A program made the translations under genes and the position numbers. Below the pieces are notes generated by a model. It was given only the letters and a program-made list of their open reading frames with translations, had not been told where the DNA came from and searched no databases. From Podarcis muralis (lineage: Eukaryota), in NCBI RefSeq assembly GCF_964188315.1, contig NC_135658.1:35526001-35590000 (forward strand): DNA of 64,000 bases, read 5' to 3'. Shown one piece after another: positions 61,208 through 64,000 of this stretch; position 1 is the stretch's first letter; each line of letters opens with the position of its first letter.

Positions 61208-61439
61208 CTGAAAGATCCACCACAGCTTCATGACTGGAAATAGCTCCTTTTTCGATGAAAAGTTCTCTGAAGTACTCACTGTTCGCTGCCAATATAGATT
61301 TGTGTGCTTTGTGCACTTCACCTTCAATAAGCAAAGTAACATCACAAAACTGACTGGAAAGCCGCTGCTGATTCAGTTGGTTTAAGACTGACAGAGAATG
61401 CTTTGGAGAAGTTTGTTTCACAAGACCTTTACTATCAAC
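61208..61439 (-). CDS. ZBTB11: ZBTB11 exon 3 (232 bp; BTB N-terminal half)
   Basis: Encodes VDSKGLVKQTSPKH...QFCDVTLLIEGEVHKAHKSILAANSEYFRELF...VDLS. Confidence 0.97.
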
Positions 61440-61589
61440 CTGGGATTTTTTTTTAAAAAGAAAAAGTAACAAGCAGTGTGTTTAAACTTTGTTCACTTGT
61501 AAATCCTAGCTTAAATCTTTTATTTACATCATTAAGTAATACAAATATAAAATAAACCTTGGTACCAGGTTGTATAAAAAGTTACTTAC

Positions 61590-61825
61590 AAAAACAAGCT
61601 CATGTTTAGCTATTGGCTTCTTTTTCACAGGTTTTGGCAAAGCTGCTGGAAGCGACGCTGAGTTACTTAATTCATCATCTGTTTCATTACTATCTTCGTG
61701 AGATATTGTGTCTAAACCTAGTTCTTCCAGCATTTCAGAAGGATCAGACAAAGATCTGGAACGATCCAATTTTTCCTGGCATTTGCTACATTCCTTAATA
61801 TAATCTTTAACTTGCTTCAGAATAC
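61590..61825 (-). CDS. ZBTB11: ZBTB11 exon 2 (236 bp)
   Basis: Encodes GILKQVKDYIKECSKCQEKLDRSR...KKKPIAKHELVF, phase 1/0. Confidence 0.96.
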
Positions 61826-63804
61826 CTAAAGAAAGGCATGCAAAAAAAATAAAATAAATCATTGTAAATATTATCTCATTGATGCAAAAAAGGATGTATT
61901 CACCTTTGTCCTTTCAGGTAATATTCAGCATGTAATTCTAGAATTCTAGAAAATAATATTTGTCTTTCATTTTGATGATAATTCCACTCAGACTGTATGG
62001 AAACAAAATCAACAAGAATCAACAATTCTACCTTCTACCAGACCTCCTTGTGTGACTTAGTGCAAATCAGAGTTGCATGCATTAATTCAAGACATCCACT
62101 CCTTCAAGCTGCATCTCCATGTTGCTTACTTGACCCTTCCTCCTGATCCATGTGCCAAATCATGGTAATGATGCACTTGCTGAAAGCTGCACACATTTCC
62201 ATGCAAGATGGGCCTGCCCACCGCTTTTTTTCTTTTGCAATCCCCACACTTTGGAACCAACAGCACAGGAAGTTCCTCAGCAGATATGTCTTTGTTAGAC
62301 CGATTGCCAAGTCACATTATTTGACCCTCTGAGAAATGCTCCTGGTTCACAAGCAAGCCTGTGCATAATGCTGCTAAAGGCTTTTTTTTGTCCTTTGTAG
62401 ACAATGTTTAGAGTCTACAATCCCTACCAAGTTGGTCCTCTGCCTACACAGCAGTGAGTTGCTAGTCTTGTTTCTGTGTGGTTCTCCCATTACAGGCTTT
62501 TAAAAACAAACCCCAAATAAGATACTGTGCTAGATATACAGGAAAACCTCATATTTTGAATTAAAATATTCTTAATAATTGTTTTTAAACCATTAATGTC
62601 TCTGCAGGTCCACGGTATTAGATCTTCTCTGAATCAGTTATATTATCTAATGAACACATTAGCACATTCTATACAGCTGAACTATCCACTTAACCCTGTT
62701 AATGTCTGCTCTTATTTTTGCAAAAACAAAGTGCGTTTCCAAGATTAAAAAACAACAACTTGCAGTCAACCTGTTTACTCAGAAATTAATCCGGTTGGTT
62801 GAAATAGAATTTTTTTGTCTGGAAATAGGAACTTACTTGAAGATCTGCTGAAATCAGCAGAACTTGTTTCCCAATGAGCACAGTTGAAACTAGACTTCCC
62901 ATCTAGGCACACTACTGACCACTTGACTATTATAATACTTAGTAAGATAGTGCTTGCCACACCGAGCCAAATCATGGCTTAGAACGAACATGAAGGCTCC
63001 TGGAGAGGAGACCTCAGCCACCGTCCTGCTCCTAAATCATGGTTTAGGTCTCCCAGTCAAATCATGATATTGCTTGGTTACAGGATAAACCTTGGATAGA
63101 GCCAAACCGTGAGCCTTGGGTTTGGCCAACATGCTAAGCCAAACTATGGCTTAGTTCAACATGACAAATAGGAAAACAAACAGGGAGGACAAGTGGCTGG
63201 GGTGTCTTACTTGGGAGTCTCCTTGTGAGAACCAGATCAGGGCAAAGCCCTCTGAACACAGGTGAGCTATGTAAAATGATAAACGTTAAAACAAAAAGGA
63301 GGCATCTACCTAAGTTTCAAAATGTATTGGGGGGTCGGACACTGAGCTGAAGACACCTGAAAATCAGGTTAGTGACTGATTCACCTTTTTCACTTTAAGA
63401 CTCGGTGCCACAGCCAAAATCCACAAAGCAGCCCACCACCCTTCTTGGCACCATCGCCCTCTGACTGCAAGGGGTGCTGCATTGGGGCCGGACAGGCGAG
63501 CACATGCTCACTAAGGTACGAGACTCGGGTGCATTTGGTGGGGGATTATTTGTGTGTGTGTGTTTTTAAGCGGAACCCCTCCTCCTCCGAGTTCGTCCTA
63601 GGACACAGCCAACCCCTCGCTCCCCTCCGACCCGTCTTGCAGCAGCTCCGAGGAGGAGGCGGCGAGCTCCGTCCGCCTAGACCAGGGGCGGCGCTCCTCG
63701 CTCCAAGCCCGGAGCAGGAGGTGTGGCGGGCGAGTGGCGCGTGTGGCGTTTGGCTGGCTCGGGCCCGGAGACCCGTCGCTCCCCCCCCCCCTTTCCCCGC
63801 TCAC

Positions 63805-64000
63805 CTCGCCACCAGTAGCGCTTGGAGAGGCGCTGCCAGGTCTGCAGGCGCGTCCGGTGGGCGCCGTCGGGCTCCAGATGCGCCGCCCGGATGAGCCGGG
63901 CGCGTCGCTCGGCCTGCAGCACCACCTCGAGCTCGGCGAAGCGCTGCTGGTCCCGCTGCCGGCGCTGGTAGTAGAGGGTCCCGCCGCGCACCACGTAGCA
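63805..64000 (-). CDS. ZBTB11: ZBTB11 exon 1, partial; start codon beyond the right edge
   Basis: Encodes CYVVRGGTLYYQRRQR...AAHLEPDGAHRTRLQTWQRLSKRYWWR, donor G|GTGAG at 63804, inside a CpG island. Confidence 0.95.

Overview
Eukaryotic (vertebrate) DNA from a squamate, probably a lacertid lizard, judged by Sauria SINEs and lizard-type MITEs. It is syntenic with the SENP7-FAM172B-TRMT10C-PCNP-ZBTB11 block known from human 3q12.3. Six genes were reconstructed by hand from GT-AG splice sites and exon phase. (1) The 5' part of SENP7, minus strand, running off the left edge. (2) An intact FAM172B/ARB2-family gene, plus strand. (3) TXNL4B, minus, complete, 149 aa. (4) TRMT10C, plus, single coding exon, 428 aa. 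(5) PCNP, plus, 5 exons, with an N-gap in exon 2. (6) ZBTB11, minus, 11 exons, exon 1 cut by the right edge. Introns and intergenic DNA are dense in transposons: ten TA-flanked Tc1/mariner-type non-autonomous elements, hAT-type foldbacks, Sauria, MIR-like and tRNA-Lys/CR1 SINEs, L2, CR1 and Rex/Babar LINE ends, and one probable solo LTR. There is no CRISPR array, rRNA or genuine tRNA. I found no clearly new multi-gene system. The best leads are the apparently catalytically dead FAM172B, a double-hairpin 99-bp minisatellite inside a transposon, an ORF-bearing LTR, the unexpected position of TXNL4B, the twin PxVxL exons of SENP7 and an unexplained coding-like ORF in SENP7 intron 1. Homology statements come from recalled reference sequences, not from searches run here.
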